Below, in pieces: positions 51,586 to 63,729 of a DNA stretch of 64,000 nucleotides. Each line of letters begins with the position of its first letter. Position 1 is the first letter of the stretch. The DNA is from Oculina patagonica. Its lineage: Eukaryota. Where the stretch lies: NCBI RefSeq assembly GCF_052425735.1, contig NC_135761.1, positions 13,764,001 to 13,828,000 of the forward strand, read 5' to 3'. The notes under the pieces are model-generated. The model was not told the DNA's origin and did not search any database. It saw nothing but the letters and a program-made list of their open reading frames with translations. The position numbers and the translations under genes were made by a program.

Positions 51586-51980
51586 GAAAACATCAACACG
51601 ATCAGCACACTTTCTTTTCGAAACTTGATAGTGAATGGGGTGACAAGAGGATATGTTGGGACCTTATTGCATTCTTGTGTAAATTCGATTAACGTAGCCA
51701 TAACATCAGAAAAATCTAACGATCACAAGTGCAAACTGTTTATTAAATCGAAAGGGTTTCTAAGCTGGAATGGTTACACGGAAATTCACACAAGCCCCTA
51801 CGACCGCGCTGCAGGCAATATTGAATTTGAGGTGTTTAATAAAAAGAGCAGCTTTAGAATTCAACCAAGTTCTTGTATCAGAAGAGAAGTACAGACAAGT
51901 GAAATTTCACAGCGAATATCAGCAGAAAAAATTCCCACTTCGTTTTATGTCTACTTGTAAATTAAAACCTTTACAGTTAC

Positions 51981-52180
51981 CTTGATAGTCATCACCAGCA
52001 TTCAGTCTGTTAATTCCTAGCTAACGTTTGCAATCTCACAAAATTTACTTGACATTGTTATTTCGGCAATTCCAAAACTACGTGCCGTACCTGCATGCCG
52101 CTCACCAGTCATTCTCTGAGTACCCTGGGTGGTAGGTGAGGCTGACATTCCGCTTTTTGTGTGAGATGAGCTCTGGCAAT
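51981..52180 (-). CDS. NLR-A linker exons (52180-52091 and probably 52016-51981), both phase 1-1
   Basis: ctatag|AT TGC CAG...CAT GCA G|gtacgg and ctag|GA ATT AAC...TAT CAA G|gtaactg. The second acceptor is weak. Confidence 0.5.
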
Positions 52181-52542
52181 CTATAGAACACGACAACATA
52201 TACAAAAAGTATTTTTTTGACAATGTTTTTCTTATTTTAACTTTGGAAGTACCCGAACAGCAAAAGGGGTTTTGCTTTACGAATCATGTATAGTTAATTC
52301 TTTGATCGGTTAAATTTGTGCTCATCATGTTACGCGCAATAGCGGAAAAACGGCAAAAGTAAGCTTAATAATGGTTAACTGTTTTCCTACTTCTCTTAAT
52401 TAATAATATGGACCAGCGCGAAAAAGTTAAAAATCTACGTTTTTTTACGCAAGTCATCATTGTTTATTGGGCAAGAAACAGATTCTTTGCGACATATAAT
52501 TTACACATACATAATGTAAAAGGTTGTCACTATAATCCATAC

Positions 52543-53734
52543 CGTTGGTGATGCTGATCATCTTGGTAACAAGACTTTGACTTTGTTTTGCCCAGCTGTA
52601 TTTCTTCTCATAGGAAGAACGTAACACTTCAGCTTCCTGAAGTCGCGTCTCTCTGTCTTCTTTCCAGATTCCATTGATTGCTTCAGCCCATACCTTGGCA
52701 TCCTCGGAATCAATCACACACGATGAACCAAACGGTACCACATGTAGAGCTTCTCCAAATCCCGAATTCTTGCTTACAAGCACCGGGAGACCAGCTGATA
52801 AGGCTTCCAGACCTGTTAAGCCAAATCCTTCTGTTCTGGAAGGCATAAGCACAAGATCCACTTCGCAGAACAATCGTTTCAAATCCTCTCGGCTTTGCAG
52901 GAAGCTTCTTACTGTCAGGCGGCTAGCAGGAATCCCACACTCGAGTAGACGCTTCGCTATGTCCTCGTGCTTTCCTTCAGGGGCACCAACAAAAACAAGA
53001 TGAGCGTCCTTTAACTGAGCAATTGCTTTGCCTGCAATGTCAAAACCTTTTAACTGAAAATCTTCAGCATCTCCACGGCCAAACACTAAAACGCCACACC
53101 GTTTCCTCTCTTCAGCAGCGTGTTCAACATTCACAAAATCGTTAAAGACACCAGGGGTGAAGTCAAGAACGGTTTGATCTTTCTTGCACCAGCGAAGATA
53201 TGAACGAAAGGCCTCGCTCAACTTGGGCCCAACTCCTACAACAAAGTCAGCCTTTTCGCAAAGTTCTACTTCTGTTTTGTGTTTGTTCTCACCCTTTGAA
53301 ATCGGATTTTCGTAGGATTTAAACATTCCCAGTTCCTCAGGGTCTGTGTGGACAACTTGAACCCACCTACATTTGTGCGATTTTCTTATAACTTGTGCTT
53401 GGTGACCGAGCTTCACCCCATGGCCAACAATTACATCAATCTGCAAATCATCTGGCGGAAAGCTAAGCCACTCAAGTTCCTCATAACCAGGCCAACTTGT
53501 TGCTTCAACAATTTTAATGTTGAGGCTAAGGGCCGCTCTTTTGTCTTCTTCGCTGCAATGGGGCACAAAAAAAGTTATTTCTACCTCAGGGCATTTAGCC
53601 AACTGTATGGCCAATTCTCTGTTAATGGTCGACAGTCCGCCTTTACTCGACCCCCATTCCGATGCTAGAATTGTCACTTTTAATTTGCTAGCGAAAGAAT
53701 GTAGCTCTTCATGTTCTTGACCATGTTGTGCCAT
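52543..53734 (-). CDS. NLR-A N-terminal GT4 (GT-B fold, Glycos_transf_1) glycosyltransferase exon
   Basis: SEWGSSKGGLSTINRELA N-terminal GG loop, FGRG..KGFD, and PSRTEGFGLTGLEALSAGLPV (EX7E motif). Phase-1 donor AAC G|gtatgg. Glycosyltransferase-NLR fusions are known from corals. Confidence 0.9.
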
Positions 53735-54015
53735 GTTCTTGAGCTTGCTGTAAAGAAGACGTCATGGCATGCCGAGACGCCAAACACCTATCAAAAAAAA
53801 TATAACACCTTTGAGTGTGCAAACTTTGGTTTTGCATATTGAATAATTTGAGTCCTGGAGCGCGCGCCTTTTGTTAACCAAACATAAAGATAAACTAAAA
53901 AAGCAAAGTAACCTTTTCGTTAAGTATGGATGGGTGAAAGCGTGGACGTTAATAGCTGGAAAATGCTGAAATAGCTTCAAGTCTCAATCTAAGGGTTTTA
54001 ATCAGTAAATTGGCC

Positions 54016-54475
54016 AATCTCGTCCCCAGAGCATGCCTTTATTTTGGTCACCACTACGACCAACGCTTGACCAGTTCCAAGACACCTTTTTAAGCCAATT
54101 GTTGTTTTTTTGTGTTCATGCTGATCTTCCCTCTAAGCCTCGTCAGCATGTACAAATACAAAAGAATTTGAACTGCAAAGGGCAACAAACACAAAAATTA
54201 AAGAAAAGTAAACAGCATGAAAAAGGTCTACATGTATTTGCAAGTCCGCTATTCGTGGGCTTCCGCTCTCAGCCTCCTTCCCAGTCGTCCCAGACCTCCT
54301 CCGCCTACCTGCACAACGCAAATTGGCCTGGGGACGAGGCTTAGCAGCTGTAATCTGGTTGGCTGATAATCCAAAATGAGCACCGTGCGCATGTTTAAAA
54401 AACGAAACTGGCCATGGGCAAAATCTGCGTTCTTAGTGCTGACAAAAATGTTAGCGGACTCTGGAAACGAGATTA
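54016..54475. mobile_element. MITE (aatctcgtccccagag...ctctggaaacgagatt) with a nested element at 54134-54342
   Basis: Outer inverted termini plus inner taagcctcgtc...gacgaggctta. Confidence 0.55.
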
Positions 54476-55142
54476 TAAATTGACGGCAGGTTCTTCCCTT
54501 TTATACATGCACAGTCAATACCGAAGCAGTTCAGTTTAGTTTAGTTGTTTTGAAGCATTTTCAGTGTGTACAAGAGAAACGATGCACGTTTCGAAAACCA
54601 CAGTGTGCACGCGACAAGTGACTTTTGCCAGCAGACAATAGTTCTTGCAAACAGATGACCAAAAATTGTCATAAAAAATAAATAAACTACGTGTACATAA
54701 TGTATCTAACGAAAGTCTGAAATGGAAAAAAGTTTATTCAAGAATTGAAAGACAAGAAAGGTTGCTTGAAACGAACAGTATCAACGTGAAGGATGCGCAT
54801 GAGTTCATTTGTCGCTGACCGTATTTCAGCTGGCTGACAGAGTAACTTGTATTAAAACAAGCTAAAAGTAAAAAATAAATGTTCATGAACTGTTTGAACA
54901 CCGACTATGTTATTTTTTTAATTTTTAAGTGAATGGAGTGTTAAAAGTGAGCCGTGTTAATTATTTCGCAACTGTATGGCGTGTTGACATTCAATTAGAC
55001 GAGTCACGCTACACCAACTATGTATACATTAGAATACGTTCGTGCTCTTTTGTTTTCCTTTTCTAATTTTTTCAAAGATGTAAATTACATTGTGTTGTTT
55101 CGCATGGTGGTTAATGAGCGGCAGTGAAGGAGCAACTAATTA

Positions 55143-55334
55143 CAGCGGAATCCCGATTTCTTGAACCTGCAAGTGAAACGAAAAACTGGTTCGAGCAATC
55201 GGGAGTTTGAAAAATGAGGGGTAACAATTGCAGCGCCGTTCGACTTAGTGAAGCAAATCCAGAGGATACGGCTTTCGGTTCGAGTTATCGGCAGGTTCGA
55301 GATATCGAGCATTCGAGAAATCGGGATTCTACTG
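55143..55334. mobile_element. TA-flanked Tc1/pogo-type MITE; the empty paralogous site is at about 56490-56545
   Basis: ta|cagcggaatcccgatttc ... gaaatcgggattctactg|ta. The flanks aaggagcaactaattaca...gtgagtttcgtctgtct recur at 56489-56546 without the insert. Confidence 0.75.
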
Positions 55335-57574
55335 TAATAACAAAATAGAGAACAAACTGTTTGTGAGTTTCGTCTGTCTTTAGCCTCACAATTCCTTCGC
55401 GGTAATCAAATCATAGCTGGGAGAAGGGTCCAAAACAGAAGTCGCAAGATGCAGCCATGCATCAGTGGCTGTTAATTGTGTTCGACTCTAAACAATTACT
55501 AAAACTATGAGCCATAGATTGTTTTAGAAAATTTTGTAAGGATCGCTTATGTATTAAAAAGGCTAACAAGGCCTTCTTTCCTATGGAGAAAGGGTTTTGT
55601 TTGCACATTTCGCATTTATTTGGCGCGCTGAAAGATTTAATGCTATTGACACCAACTTTGTATACATTAGAATACGTTCGTGCTCTTTTGTCTTTCTTCG
55701 TCTGTTAAGCAGTTTGTTTTTTAAGAAAATTACTTGTACTCAGCTTCACTCAGGCTAGTTCTTAAAAAGTTATAACCATTTGAGTTTGTCTTGTACTGTT
55801 CGGTTATGAATGAGTGTAGAACTGATGTGCTTGACAAAACCTGTACTCTGACAGTTAACACAGGGTATCATTTACATAAAATATAGCAAATTAAATTTTC
55901 ACGACTCCATGAGCATTTCATTTCATTAACATTTGATGAGCCTTTATCAATTTTTCTAGTATCTTATCTATTATTTAGTATTTAGAAATCATATGTAGCT
56001 ATCTTCCTTTCAAATTGTAGTTTCGCAGTACTCTCCGCACTCTTAGCAGCCATAGTCGCTTGAATGATCATCAAGAGCCTTGGTCGGCACACTGATGTCG
56101 TCCATTCGAATTGTAGTAAAACAAATATTTTGCAATGATTAAATCACGCCACTGTGATAAGTCAGTAAAATGCTTTTCTCTGGCCGAAGATGTTATAAAT
56201 CACATTGTGTTTATTTCGATGAGTATCGAATGAGTTACAAATATATCGGTTTCGTGGCTGCAGAGGAATATAAATGGAATAAGAATAACAAAAATCTTTG
56301 CAGTGGAATGGCCCTGGTTTTCGAGAATAACGGAATAATGGAAACGATGTTTCCTTTGGAAAATTCGGCGACATTTCTCTGGAATAATGTATTTTTTTCT
56401 TGACTGTAATCAGAAGGGAATAATGGAAATTTGAGAGCAGGAATAATGAACGCCACATTATTCCTCGTCACGGTTAATGATCGGTAGTAAAGGAGCAACT
56501 AATTACAAAGTATGAAAACAAACTAAACTGTGAGTTTCGTCTGTCTGTAGCTTCACAGTTCATTCGTGATTGTCAAATACAGAAGCCGCTGGATTCAATA
56601 TCAAGAGCTATCATTCTTGAAGAATGTTTTAAAATTAAACTTAACAACTGAGCCAGAGCAGTAGATTGTTTTGAAGATTCTTGCGGGATTCAAATGCAAT
56701 CGCTAATGAAAAAGGTACAATGGCTTCCTTCGCTCGGAGAAAGGATTTGGTTAATAGAAATGAAATCACAGCCGCTGTGATCCCGCAAGAATGCTGGCTA
56801 GTAGAGGCAACATTACTTTAAAGAAACAGAAGTCTACGATCAAGTGTTACCAATATACTAAATACACCCAGATGGAATTATGAAATTACAATGAAACACC
56901 TATACATATCAAGAAACATACCTGCAACGGCATTCACGAACGTCCAAAGAGCAGTAACTGTTAAAGACAGTTATACAATGACAAGCTCAAAATGAAAGTG
57001 GAAGTTAAACTAGAGTAAGAAGACGCGGGGAACGGACCATTAGGGCGGATGACATCATCGTCCTGTCTCCTTGGCAATAAGAGGTGTCACGCTATGTTAT
57101 TTTGGTCGTTCCGCTTCCAGGTTCGCTCTCGCGCTATTATTCTCACGCTTCGCCGGGCGGCAAAACAAGAGAACATGCCCACAAGCTAGTTCACCCAGGA
57201 AGCAAATGGAGTTAGCGACGAACTGGGACACCTTTGAAGATCTAATCTTTTTAATTTCTGCGCTTTTCAATTATTTTTTATCTCTCTTCAAAGGATGCTT
57301 GCACTTGATCTGTAAGAGCTACAGTATAACAGGAGTTTGATTCAAAATCAAAAATCTAGGTGAATCAGTCTAGGGAAACGCCTGCAGGAAGCTTCAATCG
57401 ATAAAACAGATGGACAACTACGGATTATGGGATGGGTTCAGGAGTGTTTCAGTGAATGAAATGTAGCAGATGAGGAGGACCTGGAGCACACCACCCGATG
57501 AAAATGGCTATGAGAAAGTGATGTTATATGTGTTAAAATAGAATAATCACCAGGGTATCTAAAAACATATTCAA

Positions 57575-57720
57575 CCGCCATCCGGTTAGCTCCGTTGGTA
57601 GAGCGCCGGACTGTTGTGCGCGGGGAGGTCTCAGGTTCGACTCCCAGACTGGACCAACATTTAGGTACTTAAAATAACTGAAGAGAATGTGTTGCCTTTG
57701 CAATGTGACATCTGAAAATG
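57575..57720 (+). mobile_element. Head of a Deu/Nin-type tRNA SINE
   Basis: ggttagctccgttggtagagcgc...ggttcgactccc, then cttaaaataactgaagagaatgtg. Same family as 27965-28376. Confidence 0.7.
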
Positions 57721-59234
57721 GAAAAATATATTTTTCAATCACCAGGGTATTTAAAAAAAATATTTCTATGAGATGGACAAGTACCTAAAATGCAACGGGT
57801 TAGGTAGAAAACAACAATCAGTGCATGTTTGAAGATCTCCGTGTTAGGTCACAGGGCGTGGCTACCCTGCGTCCCCGCCTCTTACCCGAAGTAGGTTTGA
57901 CCTTCAGTCAAGAAAGCGACCCTATAGTGAAGAAGGGAAAAGAGCGATTGCTCACAGTCTAACTTAATTTAAACGTGACTCTTTAGGAATTGACGTTTTA
58001 AGCGGTAAAGGAACGAGGCATTTTCTGGATAACATTTTTGTAATGCAAGAAATGTAATCCCCTTCAAAAGGTAGGAGTAACCGCGTTCCCAAGGTGTTCT
58101 AGCTCTTTCAGCTTTGGGAGTCGAGTCAAGATTGGCTGATTTAAGTCGAATTACCAATAATTCACATCACCTGCAATGTGAAAGAGTCTTTTTTAACTGG
58201 CCAACTTCTCCGTTTGAACGGTTAGGATACTTAAGGTCGAAATAATATTTATCGTTGTATCCCTCTACAAAAAACCTACTAAATTGCTCAGTAAACAGGT
58301 TACTCGCTGCTGGTTTAGTCCATCGTGTATTTTTGTCCGGTGGCATTGGTTGGAGTAGTCAAACTGTAAGGGGGCTTAAGTTTATCTGAGTTTTGGAGAG
58401 AAATATTTATCTAGTAAACACTGATACCCTAATTCTGGTCTAAAAAGCATTTTCCTTTGATACTTGATTGGTAGTGGTTCATCTTACTCTACTGTACAAG
58501 ATTGGTTGTCAGTGGCTAAAACGTGCCTCCCATAGCTCAGCTTCACATGGGCAGAGAGCCTATGCTTGCAGTGAGAATGGTTTACTGAGGGTCAAAATCG
58601 GTGTGTTTATTATCAGCGGACGGAGAGAGCTTGATATTGTATTCAATATCTAATTATCTTTTATTTAAACAAATTATAGTTGACCACGTAGCATCATGAG
58701 TATAAAAAAATAGAAATTACAACAATTAACACAGAAATGATTCGGGCCAACACCTTCATTCGGTATATGTCACTTAAAATTATTTCTAACATCTAATTGA
58801 AATAAATCAAAATTGGTATGCCTACAAAAACCGTTCCTATATATGGGCATTGCTATGTACAAATGTATTCCAGTTTACAATGGACCTAAATTTCAATTTA
58901 GCTAATGATGAAATAACGCAACGATATTTCAAAATAATTTTAACAACTGTTTAGAGGTTTTGAATCTTGACCTAACACTTAAATAAGAGAAACGTTATCA
59001 TTGATCAGATTACAACATAGAATTCATGCCATAAAACTGTTTTTACATTTATATAATAAAGATCAGAGTTACAAGCAATCACACATATTCTCTTATAGAC
59101 GCGAAGCTGTACACCTGTATTTGCTACTGTCATGTCAGACCATAACTAACTATGGTCAGACAATATAACCGATTTAAATAGAATGTAAATCGTTTATTTT
59201 TTTTTTCAAACCGAAGGATTGAAATACTTGTACA

Positions 59235-60161
59235 CTACGTAATCACAAACAAGACGCAAAAATACCTTACGCTGCAGGTGTTATTGACCGTTTGTACTTT
59301 TGAAAGGAAAGCGTGACCAGAATCACCAATCCAGTTCCCACTCTGTAAGGGCCTTAGATAGAGACCACCAGCACCAGAAACACCAATCCCGTTCCCTGTC
59401 AAATCCAAATGAGTCAATGCGGTATTCACTGTAAGGGCCTTAGAGAGAGAACCAGCACCAGAAACACCAATCCCGTTCCCTGTCAAGTCCAAATGAGTCA
59501 ATGCGGTATTCACTGTAAGGGCCTTAGAGAGAGAACCAGCACCAGAATCACCAATCTTGTTCTTACTCAAATTAAAATGAGTCAACGTGGTATTCACTGT
59601 AAGCGTCTCAGAGAGAAAACCAGCTCCAGAATCACCAATCCTGTTCTCACTCAAATCCAAATGAGTCAATGTGGTATTCAGTATAAGGGCCTTAGAAAGA
59701 GCACCAGCACCAAAAACACCAATTTTGTTATCATTCAAATTCAACTCAGCCAACGTGGTATTCACTGTAAGAGCATCTGAGAGAGACCTAGCACCATAAT
59801 CAACAATATTGTTAGCAGCTAAGTTCAAATTAGTCAGTGTGGTATTCACTCTAAGGGCCTCAGAGAGGAAACCGGCACCAGAACCACCAATTTCGTTTAC
59901 ACCCAAATTCAAATGAGCAAGTGTGGTATTCACTGTAAGCGCCTCAGAGAGAGAACCAGCACCAGAATCACCAATCCTGTTCTCACTCAAATTTAAATGA
60001 GTCAATGTGGTATTCACTCTTAGAGAATCAGAAAGAGAACCAGCACCAGAATCACAAAGACCGTCGCCACGTAAATTTAAATAAGTAATGGTGTTATTAA
60101 CAGTAAGAGCATCAGAGATTGAAGCAACAACAGAAGGATGCACCCTATGGCAATTAGACAT
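59235..60161 (-). pseudogene. NLR-B distal LRR array (about 10-11 repeats), out of frame with the upstream NACHT ORF
   Basis: 28-aa LRRs separated from 60154..61962 by a 4-nt CATG insertion. Two near-identical 84-nt units and an internal deletion lie near the C-terminus. Confidence 0.8.
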
Positions 60162-62144
60162 GCAAATCCAACTTAGTCAATGCGGTATTTGCCTCTAGAG
60201 CTTTGGAAAGGGAAACACCAGCAGCCAGTTTCTGGCCAAGCCAGTTTCCACCCAAATCCAAATCAGTCAATGTGGCATTGGCTGTAAGAGCCTCCGAAAG
60301 GGAATCAACACACGAAACATCAATGCTGTTAGCTCTTAAACGCAAACTAGTCAATGTGGTATTGACTAAAAGAGCCTGAAAAAGAGAATCAGCACCAGAG
60401 TTTTCAATTGCATTAAATTTCAAATTCATATCAGCCAGTGTGGTATTGACTGCAAGCGCCTTAGAGAGAGAACCTGCACCGGAAGGACCAATTTTGTTCC
60501 CACTTAAATCTAAATTAGTCAACGTGGTGTTGACTGCAAGAGCATCAGAGACCAAACCTGCACCGCAAGGATCTATCTCGTTTTCACTCAAACGCAAACT
60601 AGTCAGTTTGGTATTAACAGCGAGGGCCTCAGCGAAATACTCAATGCAGTGACTATCCAAACGATCATGTAATTCTAAAGTTTGAAGGTCAAGGTGGGAA
60701 CCAAAACTACACACCAAACGGGACCGGAGGTTTTCCTGACGGGACACACATTCCTTTATACAGTCAAAAGCGAGCTTCACATTGCTGTTAATTTCGTTTT
60801 CGCCATTGGGAGTACAGCTGCCGAGGCAATTTATATGTGCGGTCATACTTTTTACAAGACACACCGCGGTTTCTTCGCACTGTGAGACAATAATTCCACT
60901 CATGAACAAAAATACTTGTTTCAGTTCATTTAAATATCTCTTATCAGCCACTACAGTGTCCAAGTCAATTTCTCCGCTAAGAATCTTAGAAGCGAGATAG
61001 AAACCAGCTAAGAATTCCTGAAAGCTCTTGTGTAGAAATCCATAACGCAGGCAGCGTTTCCTTCTACTGCCTGCAGCTTGGACTGACAGAAATCCAAACT
61101 TGCTTAAAGCGGTTGAATTGCTACTTCGTTTGCTTTTTTCGATATATAGCTCTCCGTTACGCAGAGAAATTAACGCCATATGCCCCAGATGTATTAGCTC
61201 TTCCTTGTAAACTTTTATAAGGTCTTCGCTGTCGCTCGACAAGTCTCTCTTGTTTTCATATCTTCTTAAAACACAGAGTACAATTTCAATGTACAATTCG
61301 GTCCTGCTCTTCGGAAGATCACCCTCGAAATCCTCACAAAGTACACAAAGTAAAGCTGTGTTTAGAGGATTTGACGTCATTTCCCGTAAATGGCGAGATC
61401 CTGACCGATGAGAAAGTTTTCGTAGAAGTTTGTCAGCCAAATGTTTCATGTCTTTAAAGTGCTTGAAGATGAAACTTTGCGCGTCTTTCCAGGTAAATCC
61501 AACAATTTCCCACAGGGTATCACAGAGCCGCCTAAATTTCATTCCAGCTTCATGTCTAGATGTAAGAATGACGCGACATTCAGGAAGCTCTCTACTTTCA
61601 ACAAGTTTGATATACATTGGCAGTTTACTGGGGTCAGCTTCGTCTAATCCATCAAGCACTAACAAAACTTTGGACTGATTTTCACGGATGAATTTGAAAA
61701 AGTTTTCTTTTGATTCTTCGTCAATATCTTCAGGAAGAATTTGATCATCGATAGCTTCCCAGATGCTAGATTTGATATCATGGCATCTAAGCAGCAGCAG
61801 TAATTCAATCTCGGGAAAAGACTCGTCCCATTCTTCCTGCCTGTTTGCCCAGTCATACGCCAGCTTTTGACAGTAGGTTGTCTTTCCCTTTCCAGGATCT
61901 CCTTCAATCAAAACAGTCCTTGGCTTCTGACATCCTTCATGTGCTTTGAAGATAGCTGTCATGTTGGTGATTTCCTCAGTCAGTGTTCCTCTTGTTTTTT
62001 CTCTGTTAACAATCCTGAGCCTGGTGAAAATCTCACTTAGATGAAAGCTGAAATCATCACACCAAGGAACTGGTAGAACGCGTTCTTCACGGGTTTTGTA
62101 GATCTGGCGAATCCTTTCTATGACGTGGGATGGATAAGATATAT
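60154..62144 (-). CDS. NLR-B NACHT NTPase + first about 6 LRRs (truncated by frameshift)
   Basis: Phase-1 acceptor ttctag|AT ATA TCT. PVPWCDDFSFHLSEIFTRL, Walker A GDPGKGKT, Walker B LLVLDGLDE, ILTSR, NPLNTALLC, FLHKSFQEFLAG. Confidence 0.9.
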
Positions 62145-62573
62145 CTAGAAAGCAGAAAACATCAACACGATCAGCACACTTCCTTTTCGAAACTTGATAG
62201 TGAATGGGGTGTCAAGAGGATATGTTGGGACCTTATTGCATTCCTGTGTTAATTCGATAAACGTAGCCATAACATCAGAAAAATCTAACGATCACAAATG
62301 CAAATAACTTGCTTCAATGCAAACTGTAATTTATTAAATCGAAAGGGTTTCTAAGTTGGACTGGTTACACGGAAATTCACACAAGCTCCTACGACCGCGC
62401 TGCAGGCAATATTGAATTTGAGGTGTTTAATAAAAAGTGCAGCTTTAGAATTCAACCAAGTTCTTGTATCAGAAGAGAAGTACAGACAAGTGAAATTATC
62501 ACACGAAAATCAGCAGAAAAAATTACCATTTCGCATTATCTAACAACATGTATAGTCACAGCTCAAAACTCAC

Positions 62574-63224
62574 CTTCTTCTCCAGAAGCTTCCATCACAC
62601 TCTCCAGTTCATTCATTTTGTCCTTTACGCAGTTCTCGTTCTTCTTCCACTGTTTGAAAAGCTCCTTGTAGTGTTCCTCGGTGAGAGGGTCCATGTTCTG
62701 ATTCTTCATTTCATCCACGGCGTCTCCATAACCAGCTCCTCCTAGTCTCACCAGCATCTCCCGGATGTTCTCCCAGTAGTCCATAAATACTGCATCACTA
62801 ACAAAGGCTTTGTCTTCATGGCTAAACACAGTATTAATGAAATACCTCACACGGGCAATGTCAGCCTCACGACTGCAGTCTGCTGCAAGTGGAGGTGTGT
62901 CCCAGCCAGCTGTTGGAGGGGTCAACTCACAAATTGTTCTCAGTAGAACCATCAGGAGTGTGGGGTCGAAGTCTTTTGATGACACAGAGGAGGCATGTGC
63001 TGGATACAGTTGACCCCACTGTTTGGAACTGAGGATTCCTTGCTTTCGAAGTGATTGCAGTGTCTCATGTACTCGGAAGCCTTTCAAATGTTTCTGAAGG
63101 TTTTTTGGTGGAATGACTCTGTCAAATGTTTCACTCAGGACCCCTGAGCCCACGGTGACCAGAAGCTGACACAACCTTGCATAGTTGGATTCCTCATTGG
63201 AAGAGGTAAATTTGGGGACAGTGC
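62574..63224 (-). CDS. NLR-B DZIP3/hRUL138-like HEPN domain exon (phase 1-1, 651 nt)
   Basis: SNYARLCQLLVTVG...QWGQLYP...FDPTLLMVLLRTIC..PPTAGWD...ADIARVRYFINTVFSH matches the DZIP3-type HEPN found in cnidarian NLRs. Confidence 0.85.
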
Positions 63225-63729
63225 CTACAACAGTTCATAAAACAAACACTTGATGAGTCAACGCATTACATTCTGAGGTGAGGTAAGGTTATGTTATCAT
63301 GGTCCTAAAAGGGCTGATTCCTTAGACATTATCTTCTTTAGCATTTTCACCACTGATGATGCTTCATGGTTGTAAAAACGTCTGGTGTGATCGTCCAGGT
63401 GAGGTAGTTCTTATATGGTAACGGACTTATTTGCTCAGGCTTGAACATAACGTCGGTTTCGTCATAACGTCCGTTACCAAAAACAGAGTTTTCAAGACTA
63501 ACTTCACCACGATGATCACACTAAACGACCAACCGATACCCCTAAGATCAAACAAGTTTAAGTAATTGGTTTCTAACTAGACAAAAACATGTTGGGACTT
63601 AATTTTACCATTGGTGCAATTTGGTGTAGACTTTGGGGTCAACAACATTACGAAAATGGTCATTGAGTATAGCGTACAGAGCACATTATGTCTTAGTTAC
63701 TATTCTTAAATCAAATCCTTTACAGTTAC

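Noticed and set aside
52457-53734. Stand-alone or bacterial (MshA-like) glycosyltransferase from contamination or recent transfer
   Set aside because: It has a splice acceptor upstream and a phase-1 donor leading toward NLR exons. The last 28 or so codons of the ORF are intron read-through.
57582-57655. tRNA genes (also about 8925-8995, 28305-28376, 43810-43881)
   Set aside because: A and B boxes are present, but each continues into a SINE body and lacks a proper cloverleaf.
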